Numbered from the stretch's first letter, positions 29,295-39,157 are shown. The stretch is 64,000 nt of DNA from an uncultured Bacteriovoracaceae bacterium (GCA_964012805.1 CAXGUD010000009.1:1-64000); one strand, 5' to 3'. Made by a program: numbers and translations. The notes: generated by a model not told the origin, from the letters alone.

Positions 29295-32200
29295 TTAGTC
29301 TTTCTTTTTTGGTAAAAAGAAAGGGTGACAATACTTTGCGAAAGTCGAGTAAATTTCCTTACCACTCACCTCTTCATCTACAATCTGATTAATAAGTGGT
29401 TGGATTCTATTTATGAGGCCTTTTGTTTCGTAATCGTTTAAAACTACAATAATAGGTATCCTATAATTTTGGTTATTACGATCTCCCCTCACCTCCTTAA
29501 CGATAAACTCCCCGTGCCCTTTGGCCAATTTCATATGCGTAATCAAACAATGAAATTTTTGGTTTTGTAAAAACTTGACGGCCTGGTGCGAATGAGAGGT
29601 AGAAAAAACTTTAATCTTTTCATCATTAAACTTTTCTGAAAGCCTTACCGCGGTTCCCTTATCATTCACAGCGATAAGGACTGACAAAGGGCTATTACCC
29701 ATGTAAGTGTGCTCTGGTTTTATATTTTCAGATTTATTTTTATTAAGTGCAATAGAAAAGTCCCTGAGACCTTTCTGGGGCTTTTTTGCGACTTTTTTAA
29801 CTTGTTTCTTAGAGGCCTTTTTTGCTTGAATCCCAGAACCTCCTTTAAGAAGCGCCCCCTCATTTTCAACTGGCTGATCACCAATGACTGCTTCTTCACC
29901 AATGACTGCTTCTTCACCAATGACTGCTTCTTCACCAATGACTGCTTCTTCACCAATAACTTCGTCAGCATCATTTTGGTAGGGGTCTAGTTCTTTATCC
30001 GTGAAGGAAACTTCTTCATCTTTTAAATCTGAGCCCTCTGATTCATAAAAACCCTTAAGAAGTCTGCATACCTCTTCTCCATCAATATCACTTTCTTCTT
30101 CTTTCAATGAAAGGTCTTTCCTAAATTGATTAAATATTTCAAAGGCCATGGGGTAAGAATTCGACATGCTTGGTGTCGTTAATTTAGAAACGTCGTCCAA
30201 GATGTAAAGAGAAATGGCTTCTATTTCCTTCGCCTCTGATAAGTAGTTAAACCAAAAACCAGATGAAGTGGAACATATATTTTTCCAGGATGTCTCATCA
30301 CTTATCCATGCTTTTGCAGAGTTTATTCCTGTTTTCCACCTAAGAGAAAAAGCAAGGTAATTCTCGAAACTACTCATTTGAATACTAACAACGCGACCCT
30401 CGTTCCCTGACTCTTTCTTTACAAAGTTCAAAATGCTTTTTATGGCCAGGTTTAGTTTTAATGAAAAATCTTTGAGGTCTACTCCCTCTTTTTGGAGATT
30501 ATTAAAGAGAGCTTCAAGGTTTCCTTTAATCCGATCTTTATCATCACACTGAAATTCAGTCGTAAATATTTTTTGCCCTGACGGAAAAATGCTATAAATT
30601 CCACCATAGAAAGGTCTCGCAAGAAGAGTTAGAAAGTTTTTAAATACTGTACGCCCTCTATCTATTGGAATAAATAAACCTGGTACAAAGCTATTGGCAG
30701 GATCATGCTTTTTGTTGAAACTTATTATTCTTAACTCACCCCTCTCAATTCTTTTTTCAAAATTTGTGGGAAGTTGAAATGGCAGCTCTCTCAGCCAAGC
30801 TGGAGGAACCAAAACGGAAAAGATACCTTCCATTTTCATCCGGCTCAACTCTACAACCCAATCTATTTGCTCTATGTTCCAAAGTTTAACAACATTGTAT
30901 CTTGCACTTTTTAATAGTATTTCGGTAAGTTCTTTTTCGTTAAAAGAATAATGGTCAAAAACTTTTTTTACATACAAAATGGTATGAGTCTTTTTGTTCA
31001 ATAAAGCCTGTTCAGGCTGGATCTCGATTTCTTCATCACCCAAACTTAGCTCTTCCCTTTCATCTGTTTCAGTTAGAACCGGTCCATCCAATTCAATTTC
31101 CTCTTCCTCGAAATAGAGATTGACAACCTCTTTATCAAAGTTAGATGGAAGTGCCTTTTCGGTTGTTGTAGAAACGAGTATTTCTTGAGTTGTCTCTTTC
31201 TCCTCGACCTTATCTTGCCCCTTCAGCCTCATCTCTGTAAAGATATCGACACCAAGAGAATAAGCATTGTCTATGGCCGGAACTGAGTTCTCACCATCGA
31301 TCGCAAAACTGTACAAAATAAGAGCTTCCACTTCACTTGTTTTAGGAAAAAAGTTAAACCAGCTACCGGAAGTCGAAGAGCATATTTTCTTCCAAACTGG
31401 TATATCCTTTGACCAATCCAAAACAGAGTTTTTGCCTGTCTTCCATCTTATTGAGAGAGCAAAAAGGTTATTAGCATAACCCATTTTCATTTCTACATTT
31501 TTAGGAGGGTTTGGTTCAATCATTGTCACAGCGTGAAGAATAGTTTTTGCACCAACTGCTACTTTAGTTTTATGAAGCATAAGCTTTCTAGCTTTCTTCA
31601 TTAAACTATCATATAAGGTATCCAAAGACTTTGAAGCTCTGTTCAACTCAGTTGTTTTGGCCATTGAATAAATATTTGTATTAACTGGAAACAAAGCATG
31701 AATTCCAGAGTAGTGAGCTTGACCCACAAGAGGAACCATCCCTTCTAATATTAAACTTCCTCGATCACTTGGTATGGAGAGAATCGGTAACTTAAAATAG
31801 GGTAACTCGCCCTTTTTTTGAAGACAAGAAATCCTTAATTTTCCATCTCTAACATGCTTGATAAATAAATCTGGCTCATTCTTTCCTTCAAGAAGCCAAA
31901 GTGAGGGGACAAAAAGAGTAACGACTTCATCCCCAACAAGGGAGACAGCCTCGTTCATCCAATTCTCTTGAGTTGCATTCCAGTTTTGTATCTTAACACC
32001 GCCGCTAGCTTCGATAATAGAGCTCAAATCCTTTAGAGTTACCCCATGCCCTGAAATTGCAGTTTTCACGACATAAATACCATGGCCAGTTCCTATTTCC
32101 ATTTTTTCTGTTTCTGGTCTTACATCACGTTCTTCTAACTCTTCTTTTTTAATTCCAACATACTTCTTCAAAATTAAGTTTTGGGAATCAGCGATCCCAA

Positions 32201-33095
32201 AAGTTTCAATTAATGAGTTAACTGAACTGCCACCCACAGGAAAAATTTTTAAACCTAAAGAGTAAGCATTCGTAATTTGTGGAAAAGAGTTTTGAGCGTC
32301 CATTGCAAAAGAAATTAACCCAAAAGCCTCAATAGTATTATTTTCTGGAAAAAAATTAAACCAAAGAGAACTGGTGGATGAAGCAATTCCTGTTAAAGAA
32401 TTATTTTCCTCAACTAGCGCTTTAACATTAGATAAACTCGTTTTCCAGCGGCATGAAAAGCCAAATAAGTTATTAGCAAAACCTAAACTTATTTCTATTT
32501 TATCAGGCCTTTTTGCTTCATGATCATAAATCCATCTTATGAGTGACTTTAAAGCGATACTTACCTTAACTTTGTGAAGCATTAGCTTTTTAACTTTTTT
32601 AAGAAATTCTTTAAAAAGTTGTTCTAGATCAAATGAGAGTGTCTCTAGACCCGTTATATTATTATGGGCCAAAACTTCTGTTTGTTGAGGAAAGAAAGAG
32701 TGTAAACCTCTATCTACACTATCTCCCATTAAATTTACCATGGCTTCAAGAATTAAACTTCCCCTATCGCTAGGTATACTTAAACTAGGAAATGTGTAAT
32801 TAGGGGCATCAAGCTTTTTATTAAAATAAACAATTCTAACCCTTCCAGAATTCAAAGCATCAAGAAAGTCTCCGGGAAGACTATCGGGAGCAGTTAGGGC
32901 CCAAACAGATGGAATGATTACAGTTGAAACACCATTACTGACAAGGTTGGAGATCTCTTTAACCCAATTACCCTGGTGAGCATTCCACTCAACTATCTCT
33001 ACATCTTCAATAGTCTCTAGAAGCAAATTAAGGTCTTGAAAACTAATTCCTTGACCTAAAACAGACCTTTTACTTACATAGATTGTATGGTTCAT
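29295..33095 (-). CDS. 1266-aa protein with three ~285-aa internal repeats and a C-terminal pseudo-receiver domain
   Basis: Repeated motifs W-N..W, (V/I)P.xW, IP(S/I)DRG, RWKT, WFN and N(A/S)Y at aa ~3-285, 338-619 and 704-988; C-terminal SVLIAV...CLITHMKL...IPIIVV resembles REC. Confidence 0.8.
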   Translation of the reverse strand: MNHTIYVSKRSVLGQGISFQDLNLLLETIEDVEIVEWNAHQGNWVKEISNLVSNGVSTVIIPSVWALTAPDSLPGDFLDALNSGRVRIVYFNKKLDAPNYTFPSLSIPSDRGSLILEAMVNLMGDSVDRGLHSFFPQQTEVLAHNNITGLETLSFDLEQLFKEFLKKVKKLMLHKVKVSIALKSLIRWIYDHEAKRPDKIEISLGFANNLFGFSCRWKTSLSNVKALVEENNSLTGIASSTSSLWFNFFPENNTIEAFGLISFAMDAQNSFPQITNAYSLGLKIFPVGGSSVNSLIETFGIADSQNLILKKYVGIKKEELEERDVRPETEKMEIGTGHGIYVVKTAISGHGVTLKDLSSIIEASGGVKIQNWNATQENWMNEAVSLVGDEVVTLFVPSLWLLEGKNEPDLFIKHVRDGKLRISCLQKKGELPYFKLPILSIPSDRGSLILEGMVPLVGQAHYSGIHALFPVNTNIYSMAKTTELNRASKSLDTLYDSLMKKARKLMLHKTKVAVGAKTILHAVTMIEPNPPKNVEMKMGYANNLFALSIRWKTGKNSVLDWSKDIPVWKKICSSTSGSWFNFFPKTSEVEALILYSFAIDGENSVPAIDNAYSLGVDIFTEMRLKGQDKVEEKETTQEILVSTTTEKALPSNFDKEVVNLYFEEEEIELDGPVLTETDEREELSLGDEEIEIQPEQALLNKKTHTILYVKKVFDHYSFNEKELTEILLKSARYNVVKLWNIEQIDWVVELSRMKMEGIFSVLVPPAWLRELPFQLPTNFEKRIERGELRIISFNKKHDPANSFVPGLFIPIDRGRTVFKNFLTLLARPFYGGIYSIFPSGQKIFTTEFQCDDKDRIKGNLEALFNNLQKEGVDLKDFSLKLNLAIKSILNFVKKESGNEGRVVSIQMSSFENYLAFSLRWKTGINSAKAWISDETSWKNICSTSSGFWFNYLSEAKEIEAISLYILDDVSKLTTPSMSNSYPMAFEIFNQFRKDLSLKEEESDIDGEEVCRLLKGFYESEGSDLKDEEVSFTDKELDPYQNDADEVIGEEAVIGEEAVIGEEAVIGEEAVIGDQPVENEGALLKGGSGIQAKKASKKQVKKVAKKPQKGLRDFSIALNKNKSENIKPEHTYMGNSPLSVLIAVNDKGTAVRLSEKFNDEKIKVFSTSHSHQAVKFLQNQKFHCLITHMKLAKGHGEFIVKEVRGDRNNQNYRIPIIVVLNDYETKGLINRIQPLINQIVDEEVSGKEIYSTFAKYCHPFFLPKKKD
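29878..29957. repeat. Perfect 18-bp tandem repeat (4 copies + partial) encoding EEAVIG on the minus strand
   Basis: TCACCAATGACTGCTTCT x4 followed by TCACCAAT. Confidence 0.95.
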
Positions 33096-36000
33096 TCTTT
33101 TCCCTCTAAATCAACCTTTTTTGAAAAACTCTCAACAGCTTTAACACCCTCCTGAAACTCTTTTTCAGAGACTGATAAAACAAAACGGCAATAATCAGGT
33201 ATACCTGTCCATTCACTACCATTTATAAGGATACCTGTAGAGAAAAAGAATGCCTCGTAAAAATTTTGTGAATTTAAAATATAATTTTTTTCTTCGGAAA
33301 AGTGACTAGAATTAACTGTTATTTTCTTCCCAAAATAACTTCTTGGAGCAGCCACTAAAAAAAGGCCTCCTTCCGCAGGAAGCACATCCCAGCGGGCTTC
33401 CTTAAGCTTTTTAGTTAAAAACAAAGCTCGATTTCTTAGAAGAGATCTTTGCTCGGCCAGAAATGTTACAAGTGAGGGATGTGAATCATTAAACTTCTTT
33501 ATAATCTTCTTCACTGCGTAAAGTGTAGCGAAATGAGGCTCAAATGAATTCATTTCGCTTAAGTTTTTGGCAATTTCTGAATGAGAACAAAGGGCATAAC
33601 CAAAACGTAACCCACCAGCTGCGAAAAGCTTTGAAACACCTCCAAGCATTACCCATTCAAAATCATCATTAAGAACTTTTCCAATTTTTGTCATTTTAAT
33701 TGTAGAATCAAACTCTAAACCATTAAAAACATGGTCCAAAATAAGCCTTGCTTGATGGGACTTGATGACTTCAATAAGCTCAATAATCTCCTCTTCTCTA
33801 TAAAGGGCTCCAGTTGGGTTTACTACTGGAAAGTTTAAAAATACGTATGCTCCTTTTTTATTTTCTAAGGCCTTATTAAGAGCTGATGGGGTAAATTTAA
33901 ATGAATCCTTCTCTTCGGTTGAAAAAGTAGAAGCATCCGCTCCCACAAATCCTGCACAAGCGACAAATTCTCCATAGGCACCCTGTGGAAAAATTATAGG
34001 ATATTTCTCTATTGCACAAATTTTACTCAGGGAGTGAAAAAGTGGCGCAATACCATTGCCATAAATAAATGATTTTTTGTGCAGTTCTCCTCTAGTGAAG
34101 CCAAAAGACTTTTCAAACATTCTTTTTAGATCTTCATCAGGTTCATAATCTTGTTTGTTTAAAGAAAATGGATTTCTTAAAAAGCCTTCAAACAAATCAA
34201 TTCTTAAATCCTTCGGAATAGGAAAACTATTTTCTCCATAGTCAAGCCTTACTGTCTTATCATCACGAGGCAATCTCTCTCTCGCCATTGAAGGGTGCTC
34301 CATCATTTCAACAGCATCTACTGCCAAGGGCTTAAATTTTTTTTCAATATCGTTCGAAACACCTCTTTTAAGAGAAACTTCTTTTTTTTGTCCATCCTCT
34401 AAAAGTCTAAAACTTAATAGTTCATCGAGAAGAACTTCATAATAAAACTGGGTTAAAATTGGTGTTCGACTATAAGATAATTCTGCGGCTGAATTCAACT
34501 GCTGTACTAAAGGAGCGTTTCCAATTAGGGAAAAACAAAGCCTTAAATTTTCATAAACCCTATTTTTAAATAAGTCGCAATTTATAATCACATGATCTGG
34601 CAAAGACTTTTCTCTTAAATAGGAAAGGATTGCATTCTTTTGTGGCTGACTTGAAATATCAAAATAATCAGACATATCCAGGATAAGGCGTGTAGAATTT
34701 TCTTTCGTTACATTAAAAATTCTTTCAACATTTTCTTCCAACTCATTTTCAAAAGTATTAAAAAAACAAACAAGTAAATCTGGTTTTAATTTTTCAACTA
34801 AGTCTTCAATCAACTTTACTCTTCTCGGGCAAGCGAACGACTCTACTTCCCAGGGGTAAAACTCACTCATTCTTTTTAGTTGTGGATCTTGATCAAAAAG
34901 AACTTCATCTATAAGAACTAATTTGGGCCTGTAAAGGAGAAGAATATTATTTATACACTCGTGCCTCGATGGAGAAATTAAAATTTGATCTTGATTGACA
35001 GGCAAATGATAATAAGAAGTCAGAAAGCGCGACAGTTTCATTCTCAATTCAGATCGGCCTTGAGTTTTCTCATAGGGGAGAAGTGAAGGTGATCTTAATA
35101 CTTCAGATAGTTCAGATAAAAAGTTTACTCTTTCCTCAAAAATATCTTTCTCATTAGAGTAAAGGTCCATAAGCTGCTTTGCTTCTGAAAAAGAATCACT
35201 CTCTAAAAAGTTTAAAATGTTCTTCACTTCTCTTCTTTTGGGAAGATGGGCTTCATAAACACTTAACGAATGTGCTATTCTTCCACCATTTTTAGAAAAG
35301 ACCTCTGCTGTTTGGGCATTAATAGGCTCTCTTGCATCAAGACCCATAAAAAACTCAAACTTATGACCCGTCCTTTTTTCAATTTCTACAAGGACTTTAA
35401 TATCAGTATCTTCGGCTTGAAGAACCTTTGTTGACCATAGTTTATTTACTGTAAAACCTCTTCTCTTAAAGAGTTCTTCCAAAATAGCTGTCCCAGGTCT
35501 CCCTCCCAAATTCATTATAACAGACCCTCCTGCCTTGAGAACTTGTAGTGACTCCTCAAGTGCCGAGGCGATTAGCCCTAAACCGAACTCATCTTCAAGG
35601 TGACCTTTGATACTGCAATAATTACTTAAGTCGTAAAGCTGTTCATCGCTTGAATGCTCAGAAATATTTTGGATTAATTTTTCTGGATCAGGGCTTAAAA
35701 CCTGGGGAATACACCCAATAACCTTATCAAGAAATATTTCTTTTTCAATTATGAGAGAAAGAAGGTCACTTTCTTCAAAAAGGACACTCTCCCATAAATT
35801 TTTCCCTGAATAAGTTTTAGCTGCTTTACCATCTTGATCAAACGAATTAAAAGCTAAGTTTAGTTTTGCACAAATTATGGCCCTTGGGTTTATGTCCAAA
35901 CCATAAATAAAATCTAAGTCTGTATTTAAAGCAAGAGATAAACATATCCAGCCATTTCCACAACCCAATTCAGAAATTTTCTTCCCTGTAAAAGTCGAGT

Positions 36001-36319
36001 GCGGCAACCTGGATAAACCTTCATAAAAAGTAAATGACCACTCCTCAGGGGAAAAGATACTAGGGAATTGAATCAACCTAAGTTTATTTCTGTGACCTCC
36101 CAAAAGAATCGTTTTAAAATTAAAGTGATACTTCTCTAAAAAGATGTCTTTATCATTCTCTTTTTCATAGAATTCAAAAAGAAGATTAAGGCACTCGTAG
36201 GTGTTTTTAATTTCCTCTATCTCAGAAGATTCGAATAGAATTCCCTTAAAAGCTTCATAAGCTTTTTGACTGGATAATTCACACTCTTTAAGAAAATTTT
36301 CAATAGAAAAATGGGTCAT
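33092..36319 (-). CDS. Plant-type methionine S-methyltransferase (MMT-like: SAM methyltransferase + PLP aminotransferase-like domains)
   Basis: PSIFSPEEWSFTFYEGL, ELGCGNGW, GLDINPRA, ESDLL, IGCIPQVL, LSNYC, EDEFGLGLIA, GGRPG, QAEDTDI, FEFFMGL, IAHSLSVY match plant MMT; C-terminal NPTG and GGVSK..GGLRFG; 1075 aa. Confidence 0.88.
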   Translation of the reverse strand: MTHFSIENFLKECELSSQKAYEAFKGILFESSEIEEIKNTYECLNLLFEFYEKENDKDIFLEKYHFNFKTILLGGHRNKLRLIQFPSIFSPEEWSFTFYEGLSRLPHSTFTGKKISELGCGNGWICLSLALNTDLDFIYGLDINPRAIICAKLNLAFNSFDQDGKAAKTYSGKNLWESVLFEESDLLSLIIEKEIFLDKVIGCIPQVLSPDPEKLIQNISEHSSDEQLYDLSNYCSIKGHLEDEFGLGLIASALEESLQVLKAGGSVIMNLGGRPGTAILEELFKRRGFTVNKLWSTKVLQAEDTDIKVLVEIEKRTGHKFEFFMGLDAREPINAQTAEVFSKNGGRIAHSLSVYEAHLPKRREVKNILNFLESDSFSEAKQLMDLYSNEKDIFEERVNFLSELSEVLRSPSLLPYEKTQGRSELRMKLSRFLTSYYHLPVNQDQILISPSRHECINNILLLYRPKLVLIDEVLFDQDPQLKRMSEFYPWEVESFACPRRVKLIEDLVEKLKPDLLVCFFNTFENELEENVERIFNVTKENSTRLILDMSDYFDISSQPQKNAILSYLREKSLPDHVIINCDLFKNRVYENLRLCFSLIGNAPLVQQLNSAAELSYSRTPILTQFYYEVLLDELLSFRLLEDGQKKEVSLKRGVSNDIEKKFKPLAVDAVEMMEHPSMARERLPRDDKTVRLDYGENSFPIPKDLRIDLFEGFLRNPFSLNKQDYEPDEDLKRMFEKSFGFTRGELHKKSFIYGNGIAPLFHSLSKICAIEKYPIIFPQGAYGEFVACAGFVGADASTFSTEEKDSFKFTPSALNKALENKKGAYVFLNFPVVNPTGALYREEEIIELIEVIKSHQARLILDHVFNGLEFDSTIKMTKIGKVLNDDFEWVMLGGVSKLFAAGGLRFGYALCSHSEIAKNLSEMNSFEPHFATLYAVKKIIKKFNDSHPSLVTFLAEQRSLLRNRALFLTKKLKEARWDVLPAEGGLFLVAAPRSYFGKKITVNSSHFSEEKNYILNSQNFYEAFFFSTGILINGSEWTGIPDYCRFVLSVSEKEFQEGVKAVESFSKKVDLEGKE

Positions 36320-36495
36320 GAAATCTTAATCCTTTTCATTCTAATATGCTCTCTTCAGGACAGAAAAAAATCAAGAAAAACCTAGGCTTACAATTTTTCA
36401 ATGGCAATTTAGTCAAGTTAAATATTGTGCTTGATTCATACTTTTTAGTTTCAGCAAACTACTAAAGAATCCGAATATAACTCGGAGAGAACTGA

Positions 36496-37962
36496 ATGAT
36501 TGAATCACTACAAAAACTTTTCAAGTCAACTATAGGAAGAGCTCTTATTTTAAGGATTCTAGTTTTTAGTGGCCTTGTGACTCTTTTTATAAGTATTTAC
36601 CAAGTTTATGATGATTATTCGCATGCAATTTCATCAATTGAAAAAGAAATTGGTCAAATTAAAAAGGCTTACCAAAGCCCTTTAGCGCATAGTCTATGGA
36701 ACTTTAATACAAACCAAATTAAACAAATTATAAGTGGGCTTGCAAACTTTCCGTCAATTACCTTTATCGAGGTCACAGACAGTGCTGGAGATTTTCAGTT
36801 CTCAGCTGGGTCTAAGGAATCAAACATCCTGATTTTTGAATTTCCGCTTTTCTTCAGCTCCAAGTACAGCAAAAAACAAGAAGTTGGTTCAATCTACATT
36901 CAATCTTCTAAAAAACCTGTTTTAGAAAAAATTAGAAATAGAGTGTTAATAATATTATTTTCACAAGGTATTAAAACTTTTATTGTCTCTATATTTATTA
37001 TCATACTCATTAAGGTTAGTATCACAGACCATCTTCACGATATATCTGAGACCCTAAGTCAATTTAAAACAGGGGACATTAATACTTTCCAAAAAGACAA
37101 TAAATTTAGTGTCATTTCTCTTCAAAAGAAAACCCAGGATGATGAAATTGATATCGTTGTAGAAAAATTGAACATTTTCATAACTGAACTTTATAAGTCA
37201 ACGGCTGAAATCCATTCTCTTAACTTCAATCTCGAAAAACTAGTGGATTTAAAAACTAAGGAACTCAGATCGGCCCTTCTTCAAAATGAAAACCTAATTA
37301 GAGTTCTTATACATGACATCGGAAACCCATTGAGTGGAATAATTTTTTCAATTGATCGACTTACTAGACAATATACTTTAAAGGAGCCCATACAAGGGTC
37401 TAAGCTAAAACTAGCCCAGGAAAGCTGTGACAAGATTCTAGAAATCATTAACTTTGTCAAAGATATAAAGTCTTTAGAGTCTGGGAAAAAACAACTTACT
37501 CTTAGCAAAATTGACTTATTTCCCATTATTGAAAATATTAAAGAGAATTTTCACCACCAATTTAGAAATAAAAAGCTAGAACTTAAAACAATATATTCCA
37601 AAAAGCCTTTTTTTGTTATGGCCGAACGAATTAGCTTATCAAATAGCGTTCTATCCAACCTTGTTTCCAACGCTATCAAATTCTCTCACTTTGGATCAGT
37701 AATCACCATCGAGTGCTTTTTTATGGAAAATAAAGCTTTTGTAGCAATAAAAAACTTAAATGCAAAAATTCCACCCGAAATTTTGACCAACCTCTTCGAC
37801 TTTCATAAAGCGACAACAATTAAAGGCCTTGCAGGAGAAGAGGGTACAGGCTTCGGCCTTCCTATTGTAAAGATGTTTGCGCAATACAATAATGGCGATA
37901 TCACAGTAAGTTCAACAAAAGAGGAAACAGTCTTCACTCTAAGCCTTCAATTGGCCAAATAA
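36496..37962 (+). CDS. Membrane sensor histidine kinase
   Basis: Two TMs, periplasmic domain, H-box LIHDIGNPL, NLVSNAIKFS, GTGFGL. Confidence 0.9.
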   Translation: MIESLQKLFKSTIGRALILRILVFSGLVTLFISIYQVYDDYSHAISSIEKEIGQIKKAYQSPLAHSLWNFNTNQIKQIISGLANFPSITFIEVTDSAGDFQFSAGSKESNILIFEFPLFFSSKYSKKQEVGSIYIQSSKKPVLEKIRNRVLIILFSQGIKTFIVSIFIIILIKVSITDHLHDISETLSQFKTGDINTFQKDNKFSVISLQKKTQDDEIDIVVEKLNIFITELYKSTAEIHSLNFNLEKLVDLKTKELRSALLQNENLIRVLIHDIGNPLSGIIFSIDRLTRQYTLKEPIQGSKLKLAQESCDKILEIINFVKDIKSLESGKKQLTLSKIDLFPIIENIKENFHHQFRNKKLELKTIYSKKPFFVMAERISLSNSVLSNLVSNAIKFSHFGSVITIECFFMENKAFVAIKNLNAKIPPEILTNLFDFHKATTIKGLAGEEGTGFGLPIVKMFAQYNNGDITVSSTKEETVFTLSLQLAK

Positions 37963-37989
37963 AATTAGTCACTCAAAAGTTTCAAAGTC

Positions 37990-38694
37990 TTATTTCACTT
38001 TCGGACAGTTATCGTCTTTTCTCTTCTCTAAGTCCAAAACGACAGCTTTTTTAAATGGATGCCCTTCATCCAAAAGATAACTTAAGCTTTCTTTGTAATC
38101 TTTTATGTCACAAACCTCAATGTTCAAAAAAAGCGTTTTAAAAATCTTCGGAAAAAGTTGCCCAGGAGTTTGAACATGATGAAGGCCTCCACTATAAATA
38201 AAGCCAATTTTTCCTTCATCAAGCCTTCTTATAATATCTGAAACCCCGGCCCTCATAGACATTTCATTTCCATAAAAATCAAGACCTGTTTTCCTCATCA
38301 TTCTACCTTCAGGTGCTATAAGAATGATATCGTCGCTTTTCATTTGAGATAAAAAGTTATCCCAAGTGTGATCTCTCTTTCTTGAAATTGAAACCATCCT
38401 TGGAACTAAGTTTTTGTAAAACCATCCTACGATTGGCCTCTCAAGAGTTTTATCAGCTCCAGGAGCTAGAAATCTTGATGAACCAAGCCACAATAAATTA
38501 ACAGGCGCAACTCCTAAAAAAAGCGGTTCATAAAGACTCGTATGGTTTATAAGCATAATTAACTTTAATTTCGTCCAGTCCGGATCCTGATCACCAATAT
38601 ATTTTCCCTCAAACTTGTAAAATATCTGACTTATGAATTTTACGAAAAGAAGGATAAAAAATATTGAAAGCCGTTTAATTATTTTTAAAACCAC
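37990..38694 (-). CDS. Lysophospholipid/glycerol-phosphate acyltransferase family protein
   Basis: NHTSLYE (motif I variant), APEGRM (motif III). Confidence 0.75.
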   Translation of the reverse strand: MVLKIIKRLSIFFILLFVKFISQIFYKFEGKYIGDQDPDWTKLKLIMLINHTSLYEPLFLGVAPVNLLWLGSSRFLAPGADKTLERPIVGWFYKNLVPRMVSISRKRDHTWDNFLSQMKSDDIILIAPEGRMMRKTGLDFYGNEMSMRAGVSDIIRRLDEGKIGFIYSGGLHHVQTPGQLFPKIFKTLFLNIEVCDIKDYKESLSYLLDEGHPFKKAVVLDLEKRKDDNCPKVK

Positions 38695-38848
38695 AACCTC
38701 TACCCCTTGCTACCGCTAAAACCAGGAACTGGAGAAGCCTAAGACTGTAAAACAACAAAAGCCCAAGTGCAAGAAACGCTTCACAATGTAGATAATCGAA
38801 TAGATCATTTAAAGAATACAATCTCATTTAAATTTAGGAGTTACAAAA

Positions 38849-39130
38849 TTGAAAACTTGGAAACTTATTGTGCATGGAAGGGTTCAAGCCGTTGGCTATA
38901 GACAAAGTGTCGTAAACTTTGTGAAGTCTTATTCTAACCCCATTTTCGGTTACGCGAAAAACCTGAGAGATGGAACGGTCGAGGTCTTGGCAACTGGAGA
39001 AGAAAAGTCTCTAGAGGATCTTGTCAGATCTTGTTACAAAGGGAGTATTATTTCAAAAGTCACAACTATCGATGTTTACAAAGACGCAGAAAACAAAAAC
39101 CATTTGGATGACTTTAGGATAGAGTACTAA
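38849..39130 (+). CDS. acyP: Acylphosphatase
   Basis: VHGRVQAVGYR, GYAKNLRDGTVEV; TTG start with AGGAG RBS. Confidence 0.9.
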   Translation: MKTWKLIVHGRVQAVGYRQSVVNFVKSYSNPIFGYAKNLRDGTVEVLATGEEKSLEDLVRSCYKGSIISKVTTIDVYKDAENKNHLDDFRIEY

Positions 39131-39157
39131 CAACACGCAAAATAGGATAAGAATCAG

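Noticed and set aside
29878..29957. Tandem repeats as a possible CRISPR array
   Set aside because: The 18-bp units are directly adjacent with no spacers, lie in frame within a CDS, and no cas genes are present
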